Assembly: GCA_965223865.1 (NCBI GenBank)
Contig: OZ245020.1
Coordinates: 192,001 to 256,000 of the forward strand
DNA: 64,000 nt
DNA from: Nitrosarchaeum sp.
Lineage (GTDB): Archaea > Thermoproteota > Nitrososphaeria > Nitrososphaerales > Nitrosopumilaceae
Direction of reading: 5' to 3'
This document shows, one piece after another, positions 1-10,101 of this stretch. The notes beneath the pieces are model-generated. The model ran no database searches, was not told the DNA's origin, and saw only the letters and a program-made list of their open reading frames with translations. Numbering within the stretch: position 1 is the first letter of the stretch; every line of letters starts with the position of its first letter. Position numbers and translations under genes: made by a program.

Positions 1-1
1 G

Positions 2-748
2 TTGGATAGATTTAGTCGTACGTTTGACAAGCATGGATATGACCTAGACGGGTATGACAAAAAAGGATATGACAAAAAAGGATATGACAAAAACGGGTAT
101 GATAAGGATGGATACAACAAAAACGGGTATGATAAGGATGGATACAACAAAAACGGGTTTAACAAAAAAGGATATGACAAAAAAGGATATGACAAAAAAG
201 GATACAAAAATGGGTATGATGAAAATGGATTTGATTTCAAGGGTTACAATAAAGATGGGTTTAACAAAAAAGGATATGACAAAAAAGGATATGACAAAGA
301 CGGGTATGACAATCGGGGTTTTTCTATAGATGGAATTCACATCGATACAAAAATTGCTTTTGATAAAGATGGGTTTAACAAAAAAGGATATGACAAAGAC
401 GGGTTTAACAAAGACGGGTATGACAAAAAAGGATACAACAAAAACGGGTTTAACAAAAAAGGATATGACAAAGACGGGTATGACCTAGACGGGTATGACA
501 AAAAAGGATACAATCAAGACGGGTTTAACAAAGACGGGTATGATGAAAATGGGTATGATAGTAATGGGTATGATGAAAATGGGTATGATAGTAATGGGTA
601 TGATTTAGACGGATATGATGAAAATGGGTATGATAGTAATGGGTATGATGGACTAGGATATAATCACCTAGGTTACGACAAAGAAGGATACAATCAAGAA
701 GGATACAACAAATTCAATAAAAAGAAAAATGAAGTACACAGTGATTAA
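2..748 (+). CDS. Pentapeptide G[YF][DN]xx tandem-repeat protein (probably 5'-truncated by the window edge)
   Basis: Dozens of GYDKK/GYDKD/GFNKD/GYDEN units; 15-bp periodicity visible in the DNA (e.g. ggatatgacaaaaaa). Confidence 0.8.
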   Translation: MDRFSRTFDKHGYDLDGYDKKGYDKKGYDKNGYDKDGYNKNGYDKDGYNKNGFNKKGYDKKGYDKKGYKNGYDENGFDFKGYNKDGFNKKGYDKKGYDKDGYDNRGFSIDGIHIDTKIAFDKDGFNKKGYDKDGFNKDGYDKKGYNKNGFNKKGYDKDGYDLDGYDKKGYNQDGFNKDGYDENGYDSNGYDENGYDSNGYDLDGYDENGYDSNGYDGLGYNHLGYDKEGYNQEGYNKFNKKKNEVHSD

Positions 749-936
749 AACAAATTTTTTGTATGAATACATTCAACAAAAATGTGCATCCTCATTGCTA
801 GTCTATTTGCTGAATCTGAAGAAGATAACAGTATGCATAAAAAATAATTTCAAATTTACAGAGTCAGGTCGTACTAGAACCGTTTTTGGGTAGAAATTTC
901 AAGGAGGATTTGAACCATTTAAGGTTCAAGTCCAAA

Positions 937-1011
937 TGGGCCCACGGGGATTTGAACCCCGGATCTTCGCCGTGTAAGGGCGACGTCATAACCGATCTGG
1001 ACTATGAGCCC
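937..1011 (-). tRNA. tRNA-Val(TAC)
   Basis: Reverse complement GGGCTCA...TGGGCCCA cloverleaf; anticodon arm TCGCC-CTTACAC-GGCGA; T loop GGTTCAAATCC. Confidence 0.96.
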
Positions 1012-1090
1012 AGAAACCTACCTTGTTAAAAACCATTTAAACTTTGAGACGATAAACAATCTAAAAATTTGATTACTATTTGGAAAGGTT

Positions 1091-2107
1091 ATGGTAGAAT
1101 TGGATTTTTTTTGTAGTCCCATTGGATTAGGTCATGCAACAAGAGATATTGCCATAGCAAACAATTTCACAGATTTTACATTCAAATTTGTGACAGGCAG
1201 TGGAGCAGCCAAAATAATTAAAAATTCAAATTTTAAGGTAGAAGATCTTTACAATCCACCAAATTTTATAATAGAAAAAGGCTCTTTAAAAAGTCCAGCA
1301 AGATGGCTTTGGAATTACTATAAGTATTACAAGGCGTGTAAAAAAATTTCAAACAAGGTAATTCAGAGTGATAATCCTAATCTAGTTGTTAGTGATGAGG
1401 ATTTTGCTTCACTTACAATAGCACAAGAAAAAAAAATTCCAACTGTTCTAGTTACCGATATTTTGGAAACACATTTTGTAAAAGGTTTTGGCTCATTTAT
1501 TGAAAAAAAGATGAATAAATCAATGCAAAATATTATTCAAAAGTGTGATATTGTTATAATTCCAGAATTGGGAGATGATGAAGAAAACATAAAAAGAGTA
1601 GGACCGATTGTGAGAAAAACACAACATACCAGAGAGGAATTGAGAAAGAGTTTTTCATTTGAAAAGAAAACAATCTTAGTATCTATTGGTGGAACAGATG
1701 CAGGATTATTTTTAATTGAAAAAACACTTGAAATCATTCCTAAACTAAAACAAGATGTTGATATAGTAATAGTTTCAGGACCCTCATTAACAAAAAAATT
1801 TAGTGGGAATATTAGAAATTTGGGTTTTATTGATAATCTTCATGAAGCAATTTTTGCAGCTGATGTTTTGATTTCACTTGCTGGAAAATCAACTATTGAT
1901 GAGGCTAAAGCATATGGAACGCCAAGCATATTCATTCCAATTAAAGGACATTTTGAACAAGAAGATAATGCAAAAGAAGAGGGTTTTACATTTGAGGATA
2001 TTTTTAAATTAGAAAAACTAATTGATGAGAAATTAGATCAAGGAAGAGCTCCCATAGTAAAAGATGGAGCAGGAAGAGCATCAGAATTAATAAAAAAATT
2101 GATTTGA
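1091..2107 (+). CDS. GT-B glycosyltransferase, family 28 (MurG-like)
   Basis: N-terminal GLGHATR, SIGGT, AGKSTIDEA and HFEQEDNA motifs. Confidence 0.85.
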   Translation: MVELDFFCSPIGLGHATRDIAIANNFTDFTFKFVTGSGAAKIIKNSNFKVEDLYNPPNFIIEKGSLKSPARWLWNYYKYYKACKKISNKVIQSDNPNLVVSDEDFASLTIAQEKKIPTVLVTDILETHFVKGFGSFIEKKMNKSMQNIIQKCDIVIIPELGDDEENIKRVGPIVRKTQHTREELRKSFSFEKKTILVSIGGTDAGLFLIEKTLEIIPKLKQDVDIVIVSGPSLTKKFSGNIRNLGFIDNLHEAIFAADVLISLAGKSTIDEAKAYGTPSIFIPIKGHFEQEDNAKEEGFTFEDIFKLEKLIDEKLDQGRAPIVKDGAGRASELIKKLI

Positions 2108-2161
2108 CAAGTTTTTAATCCAATGCTTAATAGATGGCCGATAATTTTTTCTTGATATATC

Positions 2162-3577
2162 ATGGCAAAAATGATTGTAACAAAGTTTGGCGGTAGCGCT
2201 ATTGGTCCTAATGGCAATACCATTCCCACTATTATTGATAGAATTATTGAGTTGAGAAAAGATTCCAAGGTTCTTGCTGTATTTTCAGCACCACTTACAA
2301 TGGATAATGAAAAGAAGCGTTCTTTGACTGATGTGGTTTTAGAACAGGGAAAAAAGGCAGAAAATGGCATAAAAGCAAATCTCGAGCTTGTAAGATCAAC
2401 CTATGAGAAAATTTTGCAATTGATAAATGACGAAAACAAAGAGAAATGCGAAAAGACAATAGAATCATACCTAGAAATGGCTCAAAAAGCTCTTGATGAG
2501 GCATATGATAAAAGAAATTTTGCAGATGAAATAAGATCACGTGCATTGGCTTTTTCGGGGGAGATTCTAATGTCGCATGTTATGAATTACATTCTAAGAA
2601 GTAAAGGCTTGAAGACAAATGCAGTAAGCTATGATGAATGGCCGATAATTACTGATCATAATATAGAATCAACAAATTTTCTTGCAGCAAAATCTCGTGA
2701 AAGATTAGAAAAAACAGAAGAATTGGTCAGAGAAAATGATATTGTAACTATTGGAGGGTTCATTGGAAAGACAGTTGATGGAGTAACTACGACATATGAA
2801 CGTGGAGGTTCAGATAGAACCGCAGCTGACTTAGGTATTCTATTTCACAAAAAATATGATACTAGTATAGATTTTGAAAAAGATAGTTCTGTAGTCTCAG
2901 CTGATCCCAAAATTATTGACAATGGATTGACTGAAATTAATCAATTGTCATACAATGAGGCAAGATTAGCTGGAATGTTCGGTATGAAGATATTGGATCC
3001 CATTGCAATTAAAGAAATTGTTGAAAATGGAGTAGACATACCAATAATTGTTACCAATATGACAGATCCTTCAAAAACTACTACAATAAAGAGGAATCCA
3101 GATAATAAAGAAGGTCATCCCATAAAAATTGTAACAGGAAAAGAAAACTGTGCAATCTTCAGAATTGAAACAGCTAATGTTCAAAAATTGCTAACATCAC
3201 TTGATAAAGATAAAAGATACAGTGAATTCATTATTTTGTCTCCATTTACTAAAGATGGGATGGAATTTTCAAGAATACTCTTTCTTGATGGCGACTATGT
3301 AAAAAGAAATGAAAAGTATTTTCTAGGATTTGATTCTCTTGCGAAAATAACATACAACAGAGGAGTCATTACCTTAATCGGAGATGAAATGTGGAGAGTT
3401 CAACATGTTGCATCAAGAACAAGTGCAAAAATTGGTGAAGCAGGTCTTAATATATTGAATATGGACGCACAAGAAGAAACATCAAGAATAATAATTGTTG
3501 TTGAAGATTCGGAAGGAAATATCAGAAAAGCAATTAGTGCTGTACATCAAGAAAAATCAAAAATTAATTTTATTTAA
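2162..3577 (+). CDS. lysC: Aspartate kinase
   Basis: VTKFGGS, RGGSDRTA, SADPK and SYNEA motifs; C-terminal ACT-like region. Confidence 0.9.
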   Translation: MAKMIVTKFGGSAIGPNGNTIPTIIDRIIELRKDSKVLAVFSAPLTMDNEKKRSLTDVVLEQGKKAENGIKANLELVRSTYEKILQLINDENKEKCEKTIESYLEMAQKALDEAYDKRNFADEIRSRALAFSGEILMSHVMNYILRSKGLKTNAVSYDEWPIITDHNIESTNFLAAKSRERLEKTEELVRENDIVTIGGFIGKTVDGVTTTYERGGSDRTAADLGILFHKKYDTSIDFEKDSSVVSADPKIIDNGLTEINQLSYNEARLAGMFGMKILDPIAIKEIVENGVDIPIIVTNMTDPSKTTTIKRNPDNKEGHPIKIVTGKENCAIFRIETANVQKLLTSLDKDKRYSEFIILSPFTKDGMEFSRILFLDGDYVKRNEKYFLGFDSLAKITYNRGVITLIGDEMWRVQHVASRTSAKIGEAGLNILNMDAQEETSRIIIVVEDSEGNIRKAISAVHQEKSKINFI

Positions 3578-3579
3578 TT

Positions 3580-3677
3580 GAGTGTAAGAGGCGTTACCGA
3601 TTTTCATCAGTAGCACCGCCGTGGGTTTGTTCTTGGACCTTTATCTAGATTCAGCCCGGCGTTACCCAAAACACGCG
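3580..3677 (-). ncRNA. Candidate structured small RNA (family unknown)
   Basis: GC-rich patch between convergent genes; hairpin TACTGAT-GAAA-ATCGGTA closed by GGCG/CGCC; TATA-like CTAAATACTATAAAT about 15-30 nt upstream on the minus strand. Confidence 0.45.
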
Positions 3678-3728
3678 ATAATTGTAATTGTGATTTATAG
3701 TATTTAGAGTTGATCTATATAGATCCAA

Positions 3729-3935
3729 TCACATACGTTCAGCTAAATACCACAAAAGAATTCCCAAACCGATTATTGCATACCACTTGAAGTTTTTCTT
3801 GTTCATGAAAATGTTTGGTGAGGCTAATTCTTCATCCTTGTATGTAGCAAACCTAATTTTTCTCATTTCAAAACCCTGACCAACCAGACCTATTATTAGA
3901 AGGGCAATCGCTGGAAACCCCAAGAACCATTCCAT
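3729..3935 (-). CDS. Small two-TM membrane protein
   Basis: ATG at 3935 (MEWFLGFP...); two hydrophobic segments. Confidence 0.7.
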   Translation of the reverse strand: MEWFLGFPAIALLIIGLVGQGFEMRKIRFATYKDEELASPNIFMNKKNFKWYAIIGLGILLWYLAERM

Positions 3936-4033
3936 GCTAAAAGTGGTATTTTCATTGAATATGTAGTTTGCAGGTTTTAGTAAAGGTATTTTCAAAGATA
4001 ATTCTTTAAATTGGTAGAGTTTTTTTGTGTCTT

Positions 4034-4948
4034 ATGAAAGAAGTTGGAAAAATTTGGATGAATGGAAGACTGGTACCATTTAAAGATGCCAAAGTTCATG
4101 TTTTAACTCATGCATTACACTACTCCACATCAATTTTTGAGGGAATAAGATGCTATGATACATCAAAAGGTTCAGCAATTTTCAGATTACCAGAACATGT
4201 TGATAGATTCTTCAACTCAGCAAAATTATATTCAATGAAGATGCAATTTTCCAAAAAAGAAATTTCGAATGCAATTATTAAAACAGTAAAAACAAATGGT
4301 TTGAAGGAATGTTATATCAGGCCTTTGGCTTACTATGGTTATGGAACAATGGGATTGACTCCAACACCAAACAAGGTAGATGTTTCTATTGCATGTTGGG
4401 AGTGGAAAATGGGAGAATCAAAGGCTGGAAAATTTTCAGGGGCAAAATGCAAGGTTTCTAGTTGGATTAAGATTGATTCAAGATCTCAACCAATGCAAGC
4501 AAAAGCAGCATCAAATTATGCAAACGCAGCTTTAGCTAGAATGGAAGCACTTGATAATGGATATGATGAAGCAATTATGTTAAACAATTATGGCAAAATT
4601 GCAGAAGGAAGTGCAGAAAATATCTTTGTTGTAAAAGACAATATTATTCAGACACCACCACTTTCGGCTGGAGGATTAGAGGGAATTACCAGAGATAGTG
4701 TAATTCAAATCATTGAAGAGAATGGAGGTTTTGTTATTGAAAGAGATCTTGAAAGAGAGGATCTTTATTTAGCTGATGAAATTTTTATGACAGGTACAGC
4801 AGCTGAGGTAAAGTCTGTCACTCAAATTGATAAGGTCAAAATAGGAAGTGGTAAGATGGGGAAGATCACAAAATCGTTGCAAAAATCATTTTCTGATGCA
4901 TCTTTAGGCAAAGACGAAAGATTCTTGCCTTGGTTGACATTCATCTAG
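4034..4948 (+). CDS. ilvE: Branched-chain amino acid aminotransferase
   Basis: HALHYSTSIFEGIR, KAASNY, EGSAENIF, LEGITR and GTAAEV motifs. Confidence 0.95.
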   Translation: MKEVGKIWMNGRLVPFKDAKVHVLTHALHYSTSIFEGIRCYDTSKGSAIFRLPEHVDRFFNSAKLYSMKMQFSKKEISNAIIKTVKTNGLKECYIRPLAYYGYGTMGLTPTPNKVDVSIACWEWKMGESKAGKFSGAKCKVSSWIKIDSRSQPMQAKAASNYANAALARMEALDNGYDEAIMLNNYGKIAEGSAENIFVVKDNIIQTPPLSAGGLEGITRDSVIQIIEENGGFVIERDLEREDLYLADEIFMTGTAAEVKSVTQIDKVKIGSGKMGKITKSLQKSFSDASLGKDERFLPWLTFI

Positions 4949-4989
4949 ATTTCAAGAAGTTTTTTACCTCTAAATGTTCTCATTTTATC

Positions 4990-5169
4990 ATGGAATCATG
5001 CTCAACTGGTGATGCTCAAGAGATTTGTTGGTTTTGCAGAAAGGGACGCCACGAAGATTGTATGAAAGAAATTCCAACAGATGGGAGATCTGATGGACCA
5101 CATGACTGTACATTTGATACAAAGCTGATACCATGTAAGTGTCAACACAAGACAGTTAGTAACAATTAG
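4990..5169 (+). CDS. Small Cys/His-rich putative metal-binding protein
   Basis: CWFC...HEDC...HDC...CKCQH in 59 aa. Confidence 0.65.
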   Translation: MESCSTGDAQEICWFCRKGRHEDCMKEIPTDGRSDGPHDCTFDTKLIPCKCQHKTVSNN

Positions 5170-5189
5170 AATAGTTTGGGAAAGAAATC

Positions 5190-5744
5190 GTGAGTTATGA
5201 TAAGGAATTTTGGGACAAATATGCTTCTAAAAATGAAGAAAAATACAATGAAGAATTTGCAAAGTTTGTAAGAGATTTGGCAATATCGCTTCGTTGTAAC
5301 AGCGTACTTGAAATTGGATGCGGGACCGGAATTGATTTAAGATTATTTCCTGAATCTTTTCAAATTTATGGAATGGATTTAAATGATAAGGCACTTGATA
5401 TTGCAAAACAAAAACTTCCTTCGGGTAAATTCAAAAAAGCTACAATTACAGATATTCCATTTGAGGATTCTTCAGTAGATTTTGTTTTCACTCATCAATT
5501 GTTAAACTATCTTGATGACCAAACCCTAGAGAAAGGAATTTCTGAAATGTACAGAGTTACTGGAAAATATATTATGAACTGCGAAAAGTTTGAAGAGTCT
5601 GAAAAACAAATTAGTAAAAATCAAAAATATAGAAATATGAAACAAAGATGGATGGACTATAAGGTAAAAATTGTTAGTAATGTTGACATGCATGAAGAAA
5701 TTGATCCTGATAAAACTAGATTTACATTACTCAAGAAATTATAA
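5190..5744 (+). CDS. Class I SAM-dependent methyltransferase
   Basis: VLEIGCGTG, GMDLN and IPFEDSSVDFV motifs. Confidence 0.9.
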   Translation: MSYDKEFWDKYASKNEEKYNEEFAKFVRDLAISLRCNSVLEIGCGTGIDLRLFPESFQIYGMDLNDKALDIAKQKLPSGKFKKATITDIPFEDSSVDFVFTHQLLNYLDDQTLEKGISEMYRVTGKYIMNCEKFEESEKQISKNQKYRNMKQRWMDYKVKIVSNVDMHEEIDPDKTRFTLLKKL

Positions 5745-5885
5745 AATAGCTACTTTGTAAGATATTTTCCCAATAATTTTGAGATTTTCTATTTTAGGAT
5801 AAAACCATTTCAAAATTTTTTAAATAAAATAATTTAAAGAAATTTTTTGGAAAGATCTATAAACATAATCCAAATCTAATCTATC

Positions 5886-5969
5886 ATGACAAATAATTGG
5901 TGGAAAGGAATGCCAAAAGAGATTGAAATGGATTTAGAAATTTTATCAGAGTTTGAATCATTGAAATAA
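5886..5969 (+). CDS. Candidate 27-aa microprotein MTNNWWKGMPKEIEMDLEILSEFESLK
   Basis: ATG about 25 nt after a TATAAA box; protein-like composition in otherwise very AT-rich intergenic DNA. Confidence 0.4.
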   Translation: MTNNWWKGMPKEIEMDLEILSEFESLK

Positions 5970-6032
5970 TTTATAAAATTATTTTTTAAAAATTAATAAA
6001 ATGAAAATAAATAATCATAAATCCAAAAATAT

Positions 6033-6470
6033 TTAATTTATCCTCATTAGGATTTGATCACATATTCGTCTCATCTCTGAATCTGAACTTTGGCTAGAAA
6101 TTTTTACTAGATCAGAATTAGTGATTATTCCTACTATTTTTTTATCTTTAATTACGGGAAGTTTGTGAATATTGTGAATTTTCATCAATTCTGCGGCTTC
6201 CCAAATGGTGTCACTTGGATCAATGGTAATTAGTGGCGTTGTCATTATGTCCTCAACTGGATTTAAAAGACTAACTCCCATTACTGCGTATCGTCTAACA
6301 AAATCTCTTTCTGTGATTATGCCTATGGGTTCATCATTTTTAGTTACTAAGATACTTCCTATATTGGCCTCATCCATCTTCTTTGCAGCATTTTTTATCG
6401 ATGAAGATTCTTCGATAGTAATTACATTTTTTTCCATAAAATCATCAACAAAAACATCTTCTCCTGACAT
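6033..6470 (-). CDS. CBS-pair domain protein
   Basis: IGIITERD and VGIITNSDL CBS motifs. Confidence 0.9.
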   Translation of the reverse strand: MSGEDVFVDDFMEKNVITIEESSSIKNAAKKMDEANIGSILVTKNDEPIGIITERDFVRRYAVMGVSLLNPVEDIMTTPLITIDPSDTIWEAAELMKIHNIHKLPVIKDKKIVGIITNSDLVKISSQSSDSEMRRICDQILMRIN

Positions 6471-6797
6471 TACGTGTTTTTGTTTTCATTTAGATGTTAA
6501 AAGAATCATCAAGAATTTCAAAATTGATAATTAAATATTATTAAACAATCTCAAAAATACTATTTTTAAATAAAGAATTCAGGTTGTTACTTCTCTGAAT
6601 TTAGTTTGTTTTCAGATTTTTATCAATAATTTCAATATGAATTGCTCTGCAAAGAAAGAAGATGCTAATGATAGTGATTTTTGAAGTGTAAATCAGTATT
6701 GCTTCTTTAATTTATTGTTAAAAATGGTGTGAAGAATTAAAGCTAAAACAACATGCAATAGACTAATACCACTTAAGAAAGAAGATTCCAAGAAAAT

Positions 6798-7613
6798 ATG
6801 ATGGTAAAAAAATACAAGCCAATCATTTCATACAGACTAAGAGAAATTCCCATAAAGGAAATTAAAATTTGGAAGGAGGCACAGGCCAGAAAACTAGACA
6901 GAGAGGGAATATCTGAACTTGCAAAATCAATAAAAAATGAAGGATTGTTAAATCCACCACTTGTACAAAAGCAGGATAAAAATACGTATTTGCTAATGTC
7001 AGGTCAAAGACGACTTGCTGCCATGAAGCGTTTAGGTGCAAAAAAGATCCCAGTTCATTTACTTACCAAAAAAACAGAATATGATCTAGAGAATGCAAAA
7101 GCAGCGTCTGTTATAGAAAATATTCACAGAAATGACATGAATCATAAGGATATTGCGGAGGCCTGTAAGTTTTTGACAGAGCAAGTTGGTAAATCAGCAG
7201 CGGCAAGATCAATGGGAATGTCAATGCCTACATTAAAAAAATACTTGGGATTTGCTGGTGTTCCTGACAACTTAAAGTCGTTAGTGCCCAAAATGATTTC
7301 AAGAGATGAAATGACTAAACTTTACTTTGTTGTACCAAATATTACCAAGGCGCAAAAAATTGTGCAGAAAATATCAAATTTTGATTCCAATCTCCGTAAA
7401 AAATACATTACTGCCCTTATGCGTTCACCAAAATCATCTCACGCTAAATTGTTACAACGTGCAAAAGCAATGCAAATAAAACAAAATGTATCCATTCACT
7501 TATCAAAAACTGCAGCAAAGAAGCTTGCAAGAGAATCAAACAAACAAGACATTACAATTGATGAGATGGCTGCTAAAATAATATCTACTTATCTAAAACG
7601 TAGAAAAAGATAG
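6798..7613 (+). CDS. ParB/Srx N-terminal domain protein with HTH
   Basis: ELAKSIKNEGLLNPPLV, SGQRRLAA and ENIHR motifs. Confidence 0.85.
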   Translation: MMVKKYKPIISYRLREIPIKEIKIWKEAQARKLDREGISELAKSIKNEGLLNPPLVQKQDKNTYLLMSGQRRLAAMKRLGAKKIPVHLLTKKTEYDLENAKAASVIENIHRNDMNHKDIAEACKFLTEQVGKSAAARSMGMSMPTLKKYLGFAGVPDNLKSLVPKMISRDEMTKLYFVVPNITKAQKIVQKISNFDSNLRKKYITALMRSPKSSHAKLLQRAKAMQIKQNVSIHLSKTAAKKLARESNKQDITIDEMAAKIISTYLKRRKR

Positions 7614-7891
7614 AACGAAGTAATTTCAATTATAAAAATATACAAAGATTCAAGTGATTCTAATGATGTGAAAATAAACAACATTACTCATTTTGTCTTT
7701 CAAAAAACTACTAAACAATAAATTCAAAATCTTTAATTTGTAAGAAGAGAAGGTGATATGTCGAACACAATTCGGCTGGTGGACGGGTTATGATTAGGTA
7801 AAGACCTGGTTATTACTTGAAATTCATTATCAAATATATTCAAATCATAATCCTAGATTTGTACCTTTTTTGTACAAAGATAGATCTTGAT

Positions 7892-8635
7892 TCAGAGCAA
7901 TATCTCATTTTCAGAGTATTGTGGATTTTTTTTAGGAATATCAAAAATTTTCAGAGATTCCAAATATTCAAGATGTTTTGAGGTTGATTTGAGATCTCCA
8001 AAAGAGACCATTATTCTGTCATTATGTTCAGGGACGTATTTAGAAATATCTGAAAGATATCTTTCTCCATTAACATAAAAAACGAGAAATTTATTATCTT
8101 CAGTACAAAATCTACCATTATTGACCGATGAATTATAGTTGTTTATTATTATGCAGTTTGGTGTAACTTTCATTTCCAATGATGTGAACAGCATCTCTAA
8201 TGGAACTCCAGTTGCATGTCTATGAATTAGATACGGATTGTGATTCTCAAAGTGGATGTATTTACTTGACATCTGAAATTGTTTCAGACCAAAGTTTAAT
8301 TGTACATCATCTATAAAAATTGCAATTGCAGCATGTGCGTGGTCACTTCCATATTCTCCAATATTATATTGATTCTTCAAACTTCTCTCAGGATCTAATT
8401 GTATTGCATTTTGAATTATTTTTGAATCAATCTCATTTTGGTTAATAAAATAATATGAAAAGAAACTCAAGGTAATAATTACAAAAGATATTGCTATTAT
8501 TACAAATACTCTGTTTGTTGAATTAGATTGGATTGGTTCTGTATCAAAATATTCTAAATTACTCTCCTGAATACGACCAGGTAGGCTGTAATCTGAAAAG
8601 TCCTTAGGAATAGTTTTGTTATCATCTTCAGGCAA
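7892..8635 (-). CDS. Membrane-anchored hypothetical protein with His motifs
   Basis: One TM helix, then DHAHAA, YIHFE, IHRHA and FYVNG motifs. Confidence 0.7.
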   Translation of the reverse strand: MPEDDNKTIPKDFSDYSLPGRIQESNLEYFDTEPIQSNSTNRVFVIIAISFVIITLSFFSYYFINQNEIDSKIIQNAIQLDPERSLKNQYNIGEYGSDHAHAAIAIFIDDVQLNFGLKQFQMSSKYIHFENHNPYLIHRHATGVPLEMLFTSLEMKVTPNCIIINNYNSSVNNGRFCTEDNKFLVFYVNGERYLSDISKYVPEHNDRIMVSFGDLKSTSKHLEYLESLKIFDIPKKNPQYSENEILL

Positions 8636-8730
8636 CAGTTAATCCACAAAATTTAATTCTATAAATTTCCTAGACATCCTAGAATATTGAATCTTTTAAA
8701 ATTTGGATCAATTTTGTTTCAAAATATTAA

Positions 8731-8744
8731 AGCGGGTCTAGAGG
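8731..8744 (-). repeat. att-like copy of the tRNA-Lys 3' end
   Basis: Identical to 18201-18214. Confidence 0.75.
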
Positions 8745-8918
8745 TCTGCATGCTGCCAGCGGTTTCTAAGAATTGGCTCTCATTATAATATAGACAGTAT
8801 AATTTTAAAACATATTGAAGGGTGCGAATCCTTTCAGATTTGAGCTTAATTTCGACTCAATTTTCAGGGTTCAAATTTGATTGGTTTGCACACCAAATAC
8901 TGTTTACCGAGTATTGGT

Positions 8919-10076
8919 TTAGTCGATTCTTTGAGATTCTGAGATTTTCCAGCAGTGATCATAAGTAAACAAATCAACACCACCAAGTCTGTCAATCCAT
9001 TTAGGAACTACTTCATCAGTGCATTGTTGTGTTATTGTATCAGCATAGATTTGGAACACTAGCCAAGGATTAGAGAATCCAACTTCTTGTCCTATTGCCA
9101 TAAAAGATACTTCTTGGTTGGCTTTAGCTGCACTAGCTTGAATGTCTTGGAAGTATTCTTTTTGGATTTGAACATCTTCAGGAGTTCCAAGACGTGTCAA
9201 GTGTCCTCCAACTAATATATCAAAGTCATATTCTAGAACTTTGTCATGTGCTGCAAGAAATTCTGGAACATCTTGTGCCATTGCCAAATCTTTGAATGGT
9301 GTCCATCCAGGGAAGATTACATCAATTAACATCAGAACTTTTTGGTTTGGAGCATAGATGAAGATGTTTCCTGGTTCATGCATTGGTCCATGATATGCCA
9401 ATTCTAATCTTTGAGTTCCAACTTCAAGCGTGTAAGTATCCTCAAATGTTACAGTTGGTATTGGTCTATTAGGATCATTTCTTTTTGAAAGCGTGTCAGC
9501 TGCTTCTTGATGTGCTATGTATACTACATCATCAGGAAACATGTTCATTGCTCCTACATGATCATTGTGAGTATGGCTGTAAATTACATGAGTAATTGGT
9601 TCTTCAGTAACTTCGGCAATTGCTTTGAGATAGTTTTCTCCAATTGATGGAGGAGCATCAACTACAATAACTCCTTTTCCAGTTGTAAGAAACATTGCCT
9701 GGTATGCACCTTCAGTAACCCAGTAAAGTCCATCTTTGATTTCTTCAACCAAATATCCTTTGGAGTAATCAATTTGAGGACCTATTGATGTTTCAGGAAG
9801 TGGTGCTGCTGTTCTCATCTTTTCAGGATGTACCTCAAACATTGAGGCTAAAACTTGCATATTTGCAGAGTCTTCAAGAATTGTTCCCCATCCACGTTCA
9901 ACTAAAGCAGATGCAGTGGAGGGAGTCACACATGCAATTCTTCCATGAGTGCTTTCCATCCAAATTTTGTCAACACAAATTGGAGAGGAATCAGCATTTA
10001 CATCTAAGATAGAATTTGAGAAAATGATTCCTGATGTTAAAATTAACAATGACAAAAACACGTAATCAGATTTCAA
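8919..10076 (-). CDS. Secreted MBL-fold metallo-hydrolase with N-terminal Cys module
   Basis: SHTHNDHVG (HxHxDH), later H, D and GGH ligands; signal peptide; TTG start at 10076 inferred. Confidence 0.85.
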   Translation of the reverse strand: MKSDYVFLSLLILTSGIIFSNSILDVNADSSPICVDKIWMESTHGRIACVTPSTASALVERGWGTILEDSANMQVLASMFEVHPEKMRTAAPLPETSIGPQIDYSKGYLVEEIKDGLYWVTEGAYQAMFLTTGKGVIVVDAPPSIGENYLKAIAEVTEEPITHVIYSHTHNDHVGAMNMFPDDVVYIAHQEAADTLSKRNDPNRPIPTVTFEDTYTLEVGTQRLELAYHGPMHEPGNIFIYAPNQKVLMLIDVIFPGWTPFKDLAMAQDVPEFLAAHDKVLEYDFDILVGGHLTRLGTPEDVQIQKEYFQDIQASAAKANQEVSFMAIGQEVGFSNPWLVFQIYADTITQQCTDEVVPKWIDRLGGVDLFTYDHCWKISESQRID

Positions 10077-10101
10077 ACTATTTGAAATTGTGTTTAGTAT
10101 C

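Noticed and set aside
20-720. Possible CRISPR or non-coding repeat array
   Set aside because: The 15-bp units are contiguous, have no unique spacers and vary at codon third positions, so this is a coding repeat. ORFs 44-340 and 54-329 are shadow frames.
3580-3677. Hammerhead/twister ribozyme or box C/D call
   Set aside because: CTGATGA is present, but I could not build the required core junctions or terminal C/D boxes, so it is left unassigned.
7750-7793. 11-codon ORF after a strong AGGTGAT Shine-Dalgarno sequence
   Set aside because: It is too short and has no other support.
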